64,000 nucleotides of DNA from a plasmid. A program made the position numbers and the translations under genes. Below the pieces are notes generated by a model. The model was not told where the DNA came from and searched no databases. It worked only from the letters and a program-made list of their open reading frames with translations. Positions 37,055 through 49,084 of the stretch are shown here, one piece after another (within the stretch, counting starts at the first letter, position 1; each line of letters starts with the position of its first letter). The stretch lies in the sequence record NZ_CP022047.2; one strand, written 5' to 3'.

Positions 37055-40000
37055 GTGGGGAAATTCAAAAAGCAAAGATTTGCGATTAGAAAATTCACTA
37101 TGGGTATAGGTTCCGTTTTACTAGGATTCACTATATTTTCTGTAGCCCATACTAGTGAAGCTAAGGCAAATGAAAGTGAAAAGGATTATATTTTAAAGCA
37201 GTCATCATCTACGGGTGCAGAAGATGAAACTTCTGAGACAAAAGAATTAGAAGTAACGGGAAATAATGATGGTGTAAAATCACAAGAAGCAACTAATGAT
37301 AATAATCAACCTATTGCTGAAGAACAAAATGTTAGTCAAGAAGATAGTCCAACTAATGATTTGAATGACAATATCTCAGAAGAAGTGAATACTGAGGAAT
37401 CTAACTCTGAGATAGAGGTAAATTCAGACAGTGAAACATCTGATTCTGATAAAGAAAAATTAGATTCAGACAGTGAAGCATCTGATTCTGATAAAGAAGA
37501 ATTAGATTCAGACAGTGAAGCATCTGATTCTGATAAAGAAGAATTAGATTCAGATAGTGAAGCATCTGATTCTGATAAAGAAAAATTAGATTCAGATAGT
37601 GAAGCATCTGATTCTGATAAAGAAAAATTAGATTCAGATAGTGAAGCATCTGATTCTGATAAAGAAGAATTAGATTCAGACAGTGAAGCATCTGATTCTG
37701 ATAAAGAAGAATTAGATTCAGACAGTGAAGCATCTGATTCTGATAAAGAAGAATTAGATTCAGATAGTGAAGCATCTGATTCTGATAAAGAAGAATTAAA
37801 TTCAGACAGTGAAGCATCTGATTCTGATAAAGAAATATCAGATTCAGAGTCTGAGGCAATTGATTTAGCAAAACAAAAAGCAAAAGAAAAAGAAAAAAAT
37901 GAATTAAAAGCAAAAGAAAAATCACTTAAAGCTGTAAAAGCAGCTCCAGACCCATATCATGAAGTATCAAAAAAGTATTGGGGTGGTATTCTTGGGTTCT
38001 TCGGTAATAATGGTTTTACTGGAGATATAGCAGCCGAGAAAAATTCATATGTAATTGGTGAAAATGTAAAAGCTAAAGGTGAATTTAAAAAAGCCGGACT
38101 TATTAATACTGATAAAGTTACTTATCAGTGGTATATGTATAAAGATGGCAACTGGGTAATTCTTAGTGGTCAAACGAGTGATACTTTAACATATAAGCCA
38201 ACAACTGAAGGAGAATATTGGTTCCAATTAGTTGCTACAACTAAACCACTTATTGGTAGAGGAACAACATATGGTTCAAATTTAGTGAAAGTAGATGTTG
38301 TATCTGATGCTGTTATAGCAGATGAAGTTACAATTACTAAAAATCCTGGTCATTTAGCAGGAGACACTACTTGGACTTTAGATTATGAAACTAATCCAGA
38401 AGATGCAACAGGGAAAGTAACTTGGTCGATTAATGATAATAGTCTAGCTACGATAGACCAATATGGTAATGTTACAACGAACGCAAATGGAAAAACAGGT
38501 ACTGTAATAGTAACTATAGTTTTGACAAATGATGATGGTACAGTAGTTACTGACTCTATATCTATTGAAGTTGGTAATATTATAACTGATCAAAGTGTAG
38601 AAGTTGGAGACGATGCTGAATTTACGATTGCACCTGGAGTAGTGCCTGAGGATACAGAAGAAACAGTTAGTTATGAATGGTATGATGCAGAAACTGGTGA
38701 ATTAATTTCTACAGACAAAGATTTGGTATTAAATAATGTTACAAAAGATGATGATGGCAGACAATTTTACGTAGTAATTAAAATTGGTAATCAAAAAATG
38801 ACATCTAATACTGCAACATTACATGTTAGTTCTGAAGCCTCTGAATCTATCAGTACATCTTTATCATTAAGTGAATCAGAATCTATTAGTGAATCAGAGT
38901 CATTAAGCATTTCAGAATCATTAAGTACATCTGAGTCAATCAGTGAATCAGAGTCTATCTCAGAATCATTAAGTACATCTGAATCAATCAGTGAATCAGA
39001 ATCTATTTCAGAATCATTAAGTACATCAGAATCTATCAGTGAGTCAGAGTCAATCAGTGAGTCAGAGTCAATCAGTGAGTCAGAGTCTATTTCAGAATCA
39101 TTAAGTACTTCAGAATCTATCAGTGAGTCAGAGTCAATCTCAGAATCATTAAGTACATCAGAATCTATCAGTGAATCTGAATCTATCTCAGAATCATTAA
39201 GTACTTCAGAATCGATCAGTGAATCAGAATCTATTTCAGAATCATTAAGTACATCAGAATCAATTAGTGAATCAGAATCTATCAGTGAGTCAGAATCATT
39301 AAGTACATCTGAGTCAATCAGTGAGTCAGAGTCAATCTCAGAATCATTAAGTACATCTGAGTCAATCAGTGAGTCAGAGTCAATCTCAGAATCATTAAGT
39401 ACATCTGAGTCAATCAGTGAGTCAGAGTCAATCTCAGAATCATTAAGTACATCTGAGTCAATCAGTGAATCAGAGTCTATTTCAGAATCATTAAGTACTT
39501 CAGAGTCAATCTCAGAATCATTAAGTACATCTGAGTCAATCAGTGAGTCAGAGTCTATTTCAGAATCATTAAGTACTTCAGAATCTATCAGTGAGTCAGA
39601 GTCAATCTCAGAATCATTAAGTACATCAGAATCTATCAGTGAATCTGAATCTATCTCAGAATCATTAAGTACTTCAGAATCGATCAGTGAATCAGAATCT
39701 ATTTCAGAATCATTAAGTACATCAGAATCAATTAGTGAATCAGAATCTATCAGTGAGTCAGAATCATTAAGTACATCTGAGTCAATCAGTGAGTCAGAGT
39801 CAATCTCAGAATCATTAAGTACATCTGAGTCAATCAGTGAGTCAGAGTCAATCTCAGAATCATTAAGTACATCTGAGTCAATCAGTGAGTCAGAGTCAAT
39901 CTCAGAATCATTAAGTACATCTGAGTCAATCAGTGAGTCAGAGTCAATCTCAGAATCATTAAGTACATCTGAGTCAATCAGTGAGTCAGAGTCAATCTCA

Positions 40001-43000
40001 GAATCATTAAGTACATCTGAGTCAATCAGTGAGTCAGAGTCTATTTCAGAATCATTAAGTACTTCAGAATCTATCAGTGAGTCAGAGTCAATCTCAGAAT
40101 CATTAAGTACATCAGAATCTATCAGTGAATCTGAATCTATCTCAGAATCATTAAGTACATCAGAATCGATCAGTGAATCAGAATCTATTTCAGAATCATT
40201 AAGTACATCAGAATCAATTAGTGAATCAGAATCTATCAGTGAGTCAGAATCATTAAGTACATCTGAGTCAATCAGTGAGTCAGAGTCAATCTCAGAATCA
40301 TTAAGTACATCTGAGTCAATCAGTGAGTCAGAGTCAATCTCAGAATCATTAAGTACATCTGAGTCAATCAGTGAATCAGAGTCTATTTCAGAATCATTAA
40401 GTACTTCAGAGTCAATCTCAGAATCATTAAGTACATCTGAGTCAATCAGTGAGTCAGAGTCTATTTCAGAATCATTAAGTACTTCAGAATCTATCAGTGA
40501 GTCAGAGTCAATCTCAGAATCATTAAGTACATCAGAATCTATCAGTGAATCTGAATCTATCTCAGAATCATTAAGTACTTCAGAATCGATCAGTGAATCA
40601 GAATCTATTTCAGAATCATTAAGTACATCAGAATCAATTAGTGAATCAGAATCTATCAGTGAGTCAGAATCATTAAGTACATCTGAGTCAATCAGTGAGT
40701 CAGAGTCAATCTCAGAATCATTAAGTACATCTGAGTCAATCAGTGAGTCAGAGTCAATCTCAGAATCATTAAGTACATCTGAGTCAATCAGTGAGTCAGA
40801 GTCAATCTCAGAATCATTAAGTACATCTGAGTCAATCAGTGAATCAGAGTCTATTTCAGAATCATTAAGTACTTCAGAGTCAATCTCAGAATCATTAAGT
40901 ACATCTGAGTCAATCAGTGAGTCAGAGTCTATTTCAGAATCATTAAGTACTTCAGAATCTATCAGTGAGTCAGAGTCAATCTCAGAATCATTAAGTACAT
41001 CAGAATCTATCAGTGAATCTGAATCTATCTCAGAATCATTAAGTACTTCAGAATCGATCAGTGAATCAGAATCTATTTCAGAATCATTAAGTACATCAGA
41101 ATCAATTAGTGAATCAGAATCTATCAGTGAGTCAGAATCATTAAGTACATCTGAGTCAATCAGTGAGTCAGAGTCAATCTCAGAATCATTAAGTACATCT
41201 GAGTCAATCAGTGAGTCAGAGTCAATCTCAGAATCATTAAGTACATCTGAGTCAATCAGTGAGTCAGAGTCAATCTCAGAATCATTAAGTACATCTGAGT
41301 CAATCAGTGAATCAGAGTCTATTTCAGAATCATTAAGTACATCTGAATCATTAAGTACATCTGAATCAATCAGTGAGTCAGAGTCTATTTCAGAATCATT
41401 AAGTACATCTGAATCAATCAGTGAATCAGAATCTATTTCAGAATCATTAAGTACTTCAGAATCTATCAGTGAGTCAGAGTCAATCTCAGAATCATTAAGT
41501 ACTTCAGAATCTATCAGTGAGTCAGAGTCATTAAGTACATCTGAGTCTATCAGTGAGTCAGAATCATTAAGTACATCTGAATCTATCAGTGAATCTGAAT
41601 CTATCTCAGAATCATTAAGTACTTCAGAGTCAATTAGTGAGTCAGAATCATTAAGTACATCAGAATCAATTAGTGAATCAGAATCTATTTCAGAATCATT
41701 AAGTACATCTGAATCAATTAGTGAGTCAGAGTCATTAAGTACATCTGAATCTATCAGTGAGTCAGAGTCATTAAGTACATCTGAGTCAATCAGTGAGTCA
41801 GAGTCATTAAGTACATCTGAGTCAATCAGTGAGTCAGAATCATTAAGTACTTCAGAGTCAATTAGTGAGTCAGAGTCAATCTCAGAATCATTAAGTACAT
41901 CTGAATCAATCAGTGAATCTGAATCTATCTCAGAATCATTAAGTACTTCAGAATCATTAAGTACATCTGAATCAATCAGTGAATCAGAATCTATTTCAGA
42001 ATCATTAAGTACATCAGAGTCAATCAGTGAGTCAGAATCATTAAGTACATCTGAATCTATCAGTGAATCAGAATCTATTTCAGAATCATTAAGTACATCT
42101 GAGTCAATTAGTGAGTCAGAGTCATTAAGTACATCTGAGTCAATTAGTGAGTCAGAGTCATTAAGTACATCTGAATCAATTAGTGAGTCAGAGTCATTAA
42201 GTACATCTGAATCAATTAGTGAGTCAGAGTCATTAAGTACATCTGAATCAATTAGTGAGTCAGAATCATTAAGTACATCTGAATCAATTAGTGAGTCAGA
42301 ATCATTAAGTACATCTGAATCAATTAGTGAGTCAGAGTCATTAAGTACATCTGAATCAATTAGTGAGTCAGAGTCATTAAGTACATCTGAATCTATCAGT
42401 GAATCAGAATCATTAAGTACATCTGAATCAATTAGTGAGTCAGAGTCATTAAGTACATCTGAATCTATCAGTGAATCAGAATCATTAAGTACATCTGAAT
42501 CAATTAGTGAGTCAGAATCATTAAGTACTTCTGAATCTATCAGTGAATCAGAGTCATTAAGTACATCTGAATCTATCAGTGAATCAGAATCATTAAGTAC
42601 ATCTGAATCAATTAGTGAGTCAGAGTCATTAAGTACATCTGAATCAATTAGTGAGTCAGAGTCATTAAGTACATCTGAATCAATTAGTGAGTCAGAGTCA
42701 TTAAGTACATCTGAATCAATTAGTGAGTCAGAGTCATTAAGTACATCAGAATCAATTAGTGAGTCAGAATCATTAAGTACTTCTGAATCAATTAGTGAGT
42801 CAGAGTCATTAAGTACATCTGAATCAATTAGTGAGTCAGAGTCATTAAGTACATCTGAATCAATCAGTGAATCAGAGTCTATTTCAGAATCATTAAGTAC
42901 ATCTGAATCTATCAGTGAATCAGAATCATTAAGTACATCTGAATCTATCAGTGAATCAGAGTCTATTTCAGAATCATTAAGTACATCTGAATCTATCAGT

Positions 43001-44335
43001 GAGTCAGAGTCATTAAGTACATCTGAATCAATTAGTGAGTCAGAGTCATTAAGTACATCTGAATCTATCAGTGAATCAGAATCATTAAGTACATCTGAAT
43101 CTATCAGTGAATCAGAATCATTAAGTACATCTGAATCTATCAGTGAGTCAGAGTCATTAAGTACATCTGAATCAATTAGTGAATCAGAATCATTAAGTAC
43201 ATCTGAATCAATTAGTGAGTCAGAGTCATTAAGTACATCTGAATCAATTAGTGAGTCAGAGTCATTAAGTACATCTGAATCTATCAGTGAATCAGAATCA
43301 TTAAGTACATCTGAATCTATCAGTGAATCAGAATCATTAAGTACATCTGAATCAATTAGTGAGTCAGAGTCATTAAGTACATCAGAGTCAATCAGTGAAT
43401 CAGAATCATTAAGTACATCTGAATCTATCAGTGAATCAGAATCATTAAGTACATCTGAATCTATCAGTGAATCAGAATCATTAAGTACATCTGAATCTAT
43501 CAGTGAATCAGAATCATTAAGTACATCTGAATCTATCAGTGAATCAGAATCATTAAGTACATCTGAATCTATCAGTGAATCAGAATCATTAAGTACATCT
43601 GAATCTATCAGTGAATCAGAATCATTAAGTACATCTGAATCTATCAGTGAATCAGAGTCTATTTCAGAATCATTAAGTACATCTGAATCTATCAGTGAGT
43701 CAGAGTCATTAAGTACATCTGAATCAATTAGTGAGTCAGAGTCATTAAGTACATCTGAATCTATCAGTGAATCAGAATCATTAAGTACTTCTGAATCAAT
43801 CAGTGAGTCAGAGTCATTAAGTACATCAGAGTCAATTAGTGAGTCAGAGTCATTAAGTACTTCAGAATCAATTAGTGAGTCAGAGTCATTAAGTACATCT
43901 GAATCTCTAAACCCTAGCGAATCAGAGTCATTAAGTACATCAGAGTCAATTAGTGAATCAGAATCATTAAGTACATCAGAATCAATGGATCCTAGCGAAT
44001 CAGAGTCATTAAGTACTTCAGAGTCTATCAGTGGCTCAGAATCATTAAGTACATCAGAATCAATGGATCCTAGCGAATCAGAATCACTAAGCACATCAGA
44101 ATCGATGGAGACAGATGGAAATACTACTTCTGAAAATGATTTTAATTTGAATGATAATGAAGTTCTTGAAGATAATGAAGCAAATAATAATGAAGATAAG
44201 CAAGATGAATCATTACCAGATACTGGAGAAGTTAAACAAAATTCTGGTTTAGCTAGTGGAATACTTGCTGGATTAGGAGGTTTACTATTATTAAATAGTA
44301 GACGTAGAAATAAAAATGATGATCAAACATCATAA
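37055..44335 (+). CDS. giant serine-rich-repeat cell-wall surface protein with YSIRK-type signal peptide and LPXTG anchor (2426 aa)
   Basis: GTG start after TAAGAGGTG. Signal [17 protein letters not shown] (YSIRK-G/S type). N-terminal acidic 16-aa repeats [12 protein letters not shown](E/K)LDS x10, then a roughly 300-aa non-repeat domain. That is followed by about 1750 aa of [18 protein letters not shown] (18-aa) and then [14 protein letters not shown] (14-aa) repeats, ending in LPDTGE, a hydrophobic helix and RRRNKND. Confidence 0.85.
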   Translation: MGKFKKQRFAIRKFTMGIGSVLLGFTIFSVAHTSEAKANESEKDYILKQSSSTGAEDETSETKELEVTGNNDGVKSQEATNDNNQPIAEEQNVSQEDSPTNDLNDNISEEVNTEESNSEIEVNSDSETSDSDKEKLDSDSEASDSDKEELDSDSEASDSDKEELDSDSEASDSDKEKLDSDSEASDSDKEKLDSDSEASDSDKEELDSDSEASDSDKEELDSDSEASDSDKEELDSDSEASDSDKEELNSDSEASDSDKEISDSESEAIDLAKQKAKEKEKNELKAKEKSLKAVKAAPDPYHEVSKKYWGGILGFFGNNGFTGDIAAEKNSYVIGENVKAKGEFKKAGLINTDKVTYQWYMYKDGNWVILSGQTSDTLTYKPTTEGEYWFQLVATTKPLIGRGTTYGSNLVKVDVVSDAVIADEVTITKNPGHLAGDTTWTLDYETNPEDATGKVTWSINDNSLATIDQYGNVTTNANGKTGTVIVTIVLTNDDGTVVTDSISIEVGNIITDQSVEVGDDAEFTIAPGVVPEDTEETVSYEWYDAETGELISTDKDLVLNNVTKDDDGRQFYVVIKIGNQKMTSNTATLHVSSEASESISTSLSLSESESISESESLSISESLSTSESISESESISESLSTSESISESESISESLSTSESISESESISESESISESESISESLSTSESISESESISESLSTSESISESESISESLSTSESISESESISESLSTSESISESESISESESLSTSESISESESISESLSTSESISESESISESLSTSESISESESISESLSTSESISESESISESLSTSESISESLSTSESISESESISESLSTSESISESESISESLSTSESISESESISESLSTSESISESESISESLSTSESISESESISESESLSTSESISESESISESLSTSESISESESISESLSTSESISESESISESLSTSESISESESISESLSTSESISESESISESLSTSESISESESISESLSTSESISESESISESLSTSESISESESISESLSTSESISESESISESLSTSESISESESISESESLSTSESISESESISESLSTSESISESESISESLSTSESISESESISESLSTSESISESLSTSESISESESISESLSTSESISESESISESLSTSESISESESISESLSTSESISESESISESLSTSESISESESISESESLSTSESISESESISESLSTSESISESESISESLSTSESISESESISESLSTSESISESESISESLSTSESISESLSTSESISESESISESLSTSESISESESISESLSTSESISESESISESLSTSESISESESISESLSTSESISESESISESESLSTSESISESESISESLSTSESISESESISESLSTSESISESESISESLSTSESISESESISESLSTSESLSTSESISESESISESLSTSESISESESISESLSTSESISESESISESLSTSESISESESLSTSESISESESLSTSESISESESISESLSTSESISESESLSTSESISESESISESLSTSESISESESLSTSESISESESLSTSESISESESLSTSESISESESLSTSESISESESISESLSTSESISESESISESLSTSESLSTSESISESESISESLSTSESISESESLSTSESISESESISESLSTSESISESESLSTSESISESESLSTSESISESESLSTSESISESESLSTSESISESESLSTSESISESESLSTSESISESESLSTSESISESESLSTSESISESESLSTSESISESESLSTSESISESESLSTSESISESESLSTSESISESESLSTSESISESESLSTSESISESESLSTSESISESESLSTSESISESESLSTSESISESESLSTSESISESESLSTSESISESESLSTSESISESESLSTSESISESESISESLSTSESISESESLSTSESISESESISESLSTSESISESESLSTSESISESESLSTSESISESESLSTSESISESESLSTSESISESESLSTSESISESESLSTSESISESESLSTSESISESESLSTSESISESESLSTSESISESESLSTSESISESESLSTSESISESESLSTSESISESESLSTSESISESESLSTSESISESESLSTSESISESESLSTSESISESESLSTSESISESESLSTSESISESESISESLSTSESISESESLSTSESISESESLSTSESISESESLSTSESISESESLSTSESISESESLSTSESISESESLSTSESLNPSESESLSTSESISESESLSTSESMDPSESESLSTSESISGSESLSTSESMDPSESESLSTSESMETDGNTTSENDFNLNDNEVLEDNEANNNEDKQDESLPDTGEVKQNSGLASGILAGLGGLLLLNSRRRNKNDDQTS
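37433..37860 (+). repeat. tandem 48-nt repeats encoding acidic SD/SE-rich 16-aa units
   Basis: Near-identical units are visible directly in the sequence. Confidence 0.8.
38833..44095 (+). repeat. ~5.2-kb array of 54-nt then 42-nt tandem coding repeats (SE-dipeptide serine-rich region)
   Basis: Visible periodicity in the sequence. The unit changes from 18 aa to 14 aa at about 41.3-41.5 kb. Confidence 0.85.
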
Positions 44336-44421
44336 GTAAATGGTCAATATAAAATGAGCTAAGAGTTATTCTCTTAGCTTGTTTTTTGATATATTTCTAA
44401 ATATAAAGTAAATTAAAATTT

Positions 44422-44613
44422 ATGAAAGGATATTTTATGAATCAATATAAAAATACCGAAGAAATTAATAAAGAAATAGAAGAAGAATTACTAAACTATA
44501 AATCAACAGAAGAAAAGAAAAATGAAAAAAAACAGTTCTTATCTTTAAAGTTTTTAGGAACTTTTATGATTGTGTGTTTGATGTTAACTAGCTTAATAAG
44601 AATTTTTATTTAA
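44422..44613 (+). CDS. small protein with C-terminal transmembrane helix
   Basis: 63-aa ORF between the SRR gene and gtfA. Confidence 0.3.
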   Translation: MKGYFMNQYKNTEEINKEIEEELLNYKSTEEKKNEKKQFLSLKFLGTFMIVCLMLTSLIRIFI

Positions 44614-44642
44614 TAATTTGAAAGATAGAGAAGGGGCTTTCT

Positions 44643-46148
44643 ATGACAATCTATAATATAAACTATGGTATTGGTTGGGCTAGTAGTGGAGTTGAATACG
44701 CTCAATTATATCGTGCAAAAATGCTAAGAGAACAAAATGAAAAATTAAAATTCATATTTCTAGATTTTTTCTCTCAGGATAATATACAAACATTAACAAG
44801 TAATTTAGGCTTTTACGATGAAGAGATTATTTGGCTATATCAATACTTTACAGATATTAAAATTGCACCTACCTCATACACATTTGATGCTTTTATGAGT
44901 ACGTTAGATATGGAAGTAACAAAACAAACAAAAGATAAAAACATTGTTAAGTTATTTAATGAAACTAAACAAATATATGTAGTATGTTACCTAAACGAAG
45001 CTAATAACCAATATATTGAAAGAGTAGAATTCGTATCAAGAGGTAAGTTGATTAGGAAAGACTATTATTCTTATACAAAAGTTTTTTCTGAGTATTATGC
45101 ACCATATGAAAATAAAGCTAAGTTATATATGAGACAATTTTATAATGAAGATGGTTCGATTGCTTATAATGAATATTTCAATAACAATGGTGAATTGTAT
45201 ATTTTTAAAGAAAAAATATTGTATTCTAAACAAGAATTTGTTGCTTATTTTATTCAATCTCTAAAACTATCTGAAAAAGATGTTCTAATTGTTGATCGTT
45301 CTAAAGGACTAGCTCAACCTATAATACAAAATAAAGGAGCTGCCAACCTTGGTATTGTGATACATGCTGAACATTATAGTAAAAACTCTACATCAAATGA
45401 AAATATTTTGTGGAATAATCACTATGAGTATGTTTTTGAAAATTCAAATGAAATTGATTTTTATATAACTGCAACCGATAGACAAAAAAATGTCTTAACA
45501 AAGCAATTTGAAAATTATTATAAAGTAAGTCCAAAAATATATACAATTCCTGTAGGTAGCATTAATGAACTAAAAATTCCTAATGATAGAATGGCTCACT
45601 CAATTATTACAGCTTCAAGGTTAGCGACTGAAAAACATATAGATTGGCTTATTAAAGCTGTTTCTATTGCGAAAAAGTCTATTCCTGATTTGAAGTTTGA
45701 TATATATGGAGAAGGTGGACAAAAAAAGCTGTTAGAAAACTTAATTCAGAGTGAGAAAGCAAGCAATTACATTTCATTATTAGGTCATTTGGATTTGAAT
45801 GAAATATATTCAAAATATGAATTGTTTTTATCTGGATCCACAAGTGAAGGTTTTGGTTTGACACTGATGGAAGCAGTGGGTTCAGGGTTAGGAATGATAG
45901 GTTTTGAAGTTGATTATGGTAATAATACTTTCATTGAAAATGAAAGAAATGGTATCTTAATACCTTTAGATTTGAATAAACAATCAGAAGAAAAAATTAT
46001 AAATAATTTGGCAGAATCAATTATAGACTATTTCAGTAATAACCAAGAAAAATATCATAAATATTCATATGAGATAGCTGAAAAATTTAAAACAGAGAAT
46101 GTAAAACAAGAATGGGTTAAATTGTTGAAAGAGGTGCAATATGATTAA
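44643..46148 (+). CDS. gtfA: GtfA-type glycosyltransferase (SRR glycoprotein O-GlcNAc transferase, GT4)
   Basis: N-terminus MTIYNINYGIGWASSGVEYAQLYRA matches, as I recall it, the conserved start of GtfA/Gtf1 proteins. C-terminal EGFGLTLMEA; 501 aa. Confidence 0.7.
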   Translation: MTIYNINYGIGWASSGVEYAQLYRAKMLREQNEKLKFIFLDFFSQDNIQTLTSNLGFYDEEIIWLYQYFTDIKIAPTSYTFDAFMSTLDMEVTKQTKDKNIVKLFNETKQIYVVCYLNEANNQYIERVEFVSRGKLIRKDYYSYTKVFSEYYAPYENKAKLYMRQFYNEDGSIAYNEYFNNNGELYIFKEKILYSKQEFVAYFIQSLKLSEKDVLIVDRSKGLAQPIIQNKGAANLGIVIHAEHYSKNSTSNENILWNNHYEYVFENSNEIDFYITATDRQKNVLTKQFENYYKVSPKIYTIPVGSINELKIPNDRMAHSIITASRLATEKHIDWLIKAVSIAKKSIPDLKFDIYGEGGQKKLLENLIQSEKASNYISLLGHLDLNEIYSKYELFLSGSTSEGFGLTLMEAVGSGLGMIGFEVDYGNNTFIENERNGILIPLDLNKQSEEKIINNLAESIIDYFSNNQEKYHKYSYEIAEKFKTENVKQEWVKLLKEVQYD

Positions 46149-47463
46149 TCTTTTTGAATCATTTGATGCAAAAACAAAAGTACTTTATAAAACTTTTGAA
46201 AATACAGACATAAATAATCAATCTATAGTAATTGAAGAAGATGGCTTTTTACCGTCAGGCATACTAACACCTTATCAATTTTTTGCTGAATATAAAAATG
46301 GATCATCAGGTCCATTATATTTTAATAAAGTACCTATACCAAGATTTTGGGAGATAGAAGGTAATAATAATTCTGCTGAAATTAAAAATATGGGAGAAAC
46401 CAAAGGGAGAATTATATACAAAAAAAATTTTGGTTTTCGTTCAGTAGATAGAATAGAATGGTTGAATAAGCAAGGAAAAACACAAGTCATTGATTACTAT
46501 AATAAAAATGGATTTAAATATGCCCAATTATTACTTAACGATGAACAAAGAAGAGTTATAAAAAGGTGGTTCAATCAAAACAATCAAGAAATAATCACTG
46601 AAAATTTTATTACTAATGATATAATTTTAAATTGGAATGATAAGGAATATATTTTTCATTCAAAAGTTCAATTTATTATATTTTATCTAAAATCAGCTAA
46701 TTTATCATTAGAAAGTTTCTTGATTAATTCTTTATCTTTACCATGTGCTGTCTTATACGACTTAAAAGAAGAAGGTAATGATTATTTGTTTTGGCAAGAA
46801 AAAACCCCTGATAAACTACCTGGTAATATGAATTTATTATTGAGAAAGCGACATAGAAATTGTCATATTATAACTCCTAATACAGTGGAGTATAGTAAAC
46901 TACAAGAATTAGTAAATGAAGAGCAAAGAAAAGAAATTTTGAAATTGGGTTATGTATATAATTTTGTTGGGAAAAATCAACAAACTAATAATGTTTTAAC
47001 ATTAACCAATTCCGACCAAATTCCAAATTTAGAAGAGTTAGCAAAAAATTTACCTGAATATAACTTTCATATTGTAGCTTTGACAGAGATGTCTCCAAAG
47101 TTAACAAAGTTGGGTAGCTATCCTAATGTTCAATTGTTTCCAAATGCTTCAAGAGATAAAATTCGCTCGTTATATAAAGAATGTGATATATATTTAGATA
47201 TCAATAAAGGGAATGAAATTCTTGATGCTGTAAAATCAGCTTTTGATTATCAATTATTAATATTTGGTTATGTTGAAACATTACATAATGAGAATTATGT
47301 ATATAACGATAACCTATATTTATTAGAAGAATATGACAAATTAATTCAAGATTTCAAGTCATTAAATAAACTAACTATGAAAGATAGATTAACAAATCAA
47401 TTAAAATATGCAGGATCAGTTACTAAAAAGAATTTTTTAAATAGTTATAATAAATTACTTTAA
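46141..47463 (+). CDS. gtfB: GtfB-type glycosyltransferase partner/stabilizing protein
   Basis: 440 aa, start overlapping the gtfA stop by 8 nt. Size and context match GtfB/Gtf2. Confidence 0.6.
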   Translation: MINLFESFDAKTKVLYKTFENTDINNQSIVIEEDGFLPSGILTPYQFFAEYKNGSSGPLYFNKVPIPRFWEIEGNNNSAEIKNMGETKGRIIYKKNFGFRSVDRIEWLNKQGKTQVIDYYNKNGFKYAQLLLNDEQRRVIKRWFNQNNQEIITENFITNDIILNWNDKEYIFHSKVQFIIFYLKSANLSLESFLINSLSLPCAVLYDLKEEGNDYLFWQEKTPDKLPGNMNLLLRKRHRNCHIITPNTVEYSKLQELVNEEQRKEILKLGYVYNFVGKNQQTNNVLTLTNSDQIPNLEELAKNLPEYNFHIVALTEMSPKLTKLGSYPNVQLFPNASRDKIRSLYKECDIYLDINKGNEILDAVKSAFDYQLLIFGYVETLHNENYVYNDNLYLLEEYDKLIQDFKSLNKLTMKDRLTNQLKYAGSVTKKNFLNSYNKLL

Positions 47464-47537
47464 TATACTTTTAAATATTTTCTCGGCTACAACTGAAAAA
47501 TAGAAATCAATTCAAAATTATTTTTGTGTTATATTAT

Positions 47538-47580
47538 TAAGAAGAAAGGTTATATTTTAAATTATAACCTTTCTTCTTTT
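47538..47580 (+). terminator. intrinsic terminator after gtfB
   Basis: AGAAGAAAGGTTATA-ttttaaat-TATAACCTTTCTTCT + T5. Confidence 0.5.
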
Positions 47581-47893
47581 TGTATCTTATTTTTCTAAAT
47601 TTGCAATGCACTTTTTTAATAAATATATTTCTTCTTTAAAATCTAAGTTCTTATTATAGTCATGATTATTATTTTTTATTTTCCTAAGAACTTCTTGTGA
47701 AATATAAAGTAAATCATCACTAATATCTTCATAATACCTTAATTTATTTCTATCGATATTACCACTCCTTAGAATATTATATTATGATAATACCATAACT
47801 ACCAACCGGTAGATAGCTTAGAACTGTTACATTTTATTTACATTTGTTATTATGTATATGAGGATGAAATTTATTTAAAAGGAGAGACAATAT

Positions 47894-48451
47894 TTGAAGA
47901 GAGAACTGATAATAGAAGAAGCATTTAAAATGTTTTCTGAGAATGGATATTATGGGACAAGTTTAGCCATATTAGCTAATAAAGTAGGGATTAAAAAGCC
48001 GAGCCTTTATAACTATTTCACAAATAAAGATGAACTTTATGAAATATGTATTAAACGTTGTATGGATAGAGGTATTAATAATTTAGAAAAAATTAATATT
48101 ACCTCATCATCTACCAAAGAAGATATATATGAATTATCTAAAAATTATATATTTGACGATATTAAATATATATCTTTTTATTTTCAATTACAATCATCTC
48201 CAAAAATTCATGAGAATACAGTAATACATTTGAATAAAATTAAACAAAAGATAATAGAAGAAAAATTGGCCTCATACTTTAATGACGATAAATACAAAAA
48301 TGAAAAAATTATACATCTCAGAACTTTTTATAATGGATGGTTAGCAAGAAGGCATTTTAGCAGAAATATAGAAACACTAAAAATTTCTCTAAAAGAATTT
48401 AAAATAGATTTCAATTATTTATATGAAAAAATTCTTTTTGAATCCGAATAA
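47894..48451 (+). CDS. TetR-family regulator, 185 aa (IcaR-like in length and HTH pattern)
   Basis: TTG start after AAAGGAGAG. Helix-turn-helix FSENGYYGTSLAILANKVGIKKPSLYNYFTNKDELY. Confidence 0.75.
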   Translation: MKRELIIEEAFKMFSENGYYGTSLAILANKVGIKKPSLYNYFTNKDELYEICIKRCMDRGINNLEKINITSSSTKEDIYELSKNYIFDDIKYISFYFQLQSSPKIHENTVIHLNKIKQKIIEEKLASYFNDDKYKNEKIIHLRTFYNGWLARRHFSRNIETLKISLKEFKIDFNYLYEKILFESE

Positions 48452-48629
48452 GTTTACATAAGATATATTATAGGAAGTTATACCTGTAGATATTTTTTAT
48501 TAAAAGATAGCTTTTTTACTTTACCTATCAGTAACTCTATAATATTTTATCTTATATTTGCTTTATATTACAATCTTAGACATATAATTAATTCATATTT
48601 AAAGTGTCCACCTTGACGGTAGTGTTAAA

Positions 48630-48925
48630 AAGAGGCAACATGCGTGAACATGTTATCTCTTTAGAGTCCATTTTATAGACGATGGTCATTTAATTGTTAA
48701 ATCAAAGTGAAAATAAACCATCTCCAACTATAGTTGGAGGTGGTTTATTTATTTTGGTTTATATTGCTAATTAATACTATGCCTATGAAAGTTTACGAGA
48801 TAGTTAATTCAAGTAAGAATTTTCCTATAACAAGGCACACTTCAAAAATTTTTATATGGTATAAACAAAAGCCTGAGACAGTTAATTTGCCTCAGACTCT
48901 TTAATAAATAGAAAATATTTTACTT
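48630..48925. repeat. ~295-bp repeat (second copy 54905-55200, ~85% identical); degenerate SprG/SprF-like TA remnant
   Basis: Starts with the same 5' stem-loop motif AAGAGGCAACATGCG(T/C)(G/T)AACATGTT as the small RNA at 18441. It contains a terminator hairpin, and downstream DNA is homologous to the toxin 3' end but has no intact ORF. Confidence 0.6.
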
Positions 48926-49084
48926 TTTTTCAATTTACGATTCCAAAGAGGGCGATTTTAAGAACAGTTATGGATAATAACTTATTAAAAGATTTCTCGG
49001 GGTGCCTGAGGGCGTTTCTCAGAACCTTATTTTATTAATAGTAAAAGAAAAGGACAAAACCTTTTAAAGATTTTGTCCTTTCTG

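Noticed and set aside
38791-44094. 1767-aa minus-strand ORF (and 37401-37925 minus ORF) antisense to the serine-rich repeat gene
   Set aside because: This is an artefact of the low-complexity, stop-free repeat DNA. It has no ribosome-binding site or start context and reads as the reverse complement of the GAA/TCA-rich coding repeats. The plus-strand gene has a signal peptide and LPXTG anchor.
38833-44095. Regular ~54/42-nt repeat array that could be mistaken for a CRISPR array
   Set aside because: The repeats are contiguous with no unique spacers, are in-frame coding sequence of one giant ORF, and have no cas genes nearby.
44336-47463. Expected accessory Sec genes (secY2, asp1-3, secA2) between the SRR adhesin and gtfA/gtfB
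   Set aside because: Not present. Only a 63-aa ORF separates the adhesin from gtfA, and the adhesin carries a YSIRK signal instead.
47583-47760. ~57-aa minus-strand ORF after a strong AAGGAGTGG ribosome-binding site
   Set aside because: It lacks a canonical start codon (the first in-frame codon after the ribosome-binding site is ATC). It may be a remnant or use a rare start. Not called.
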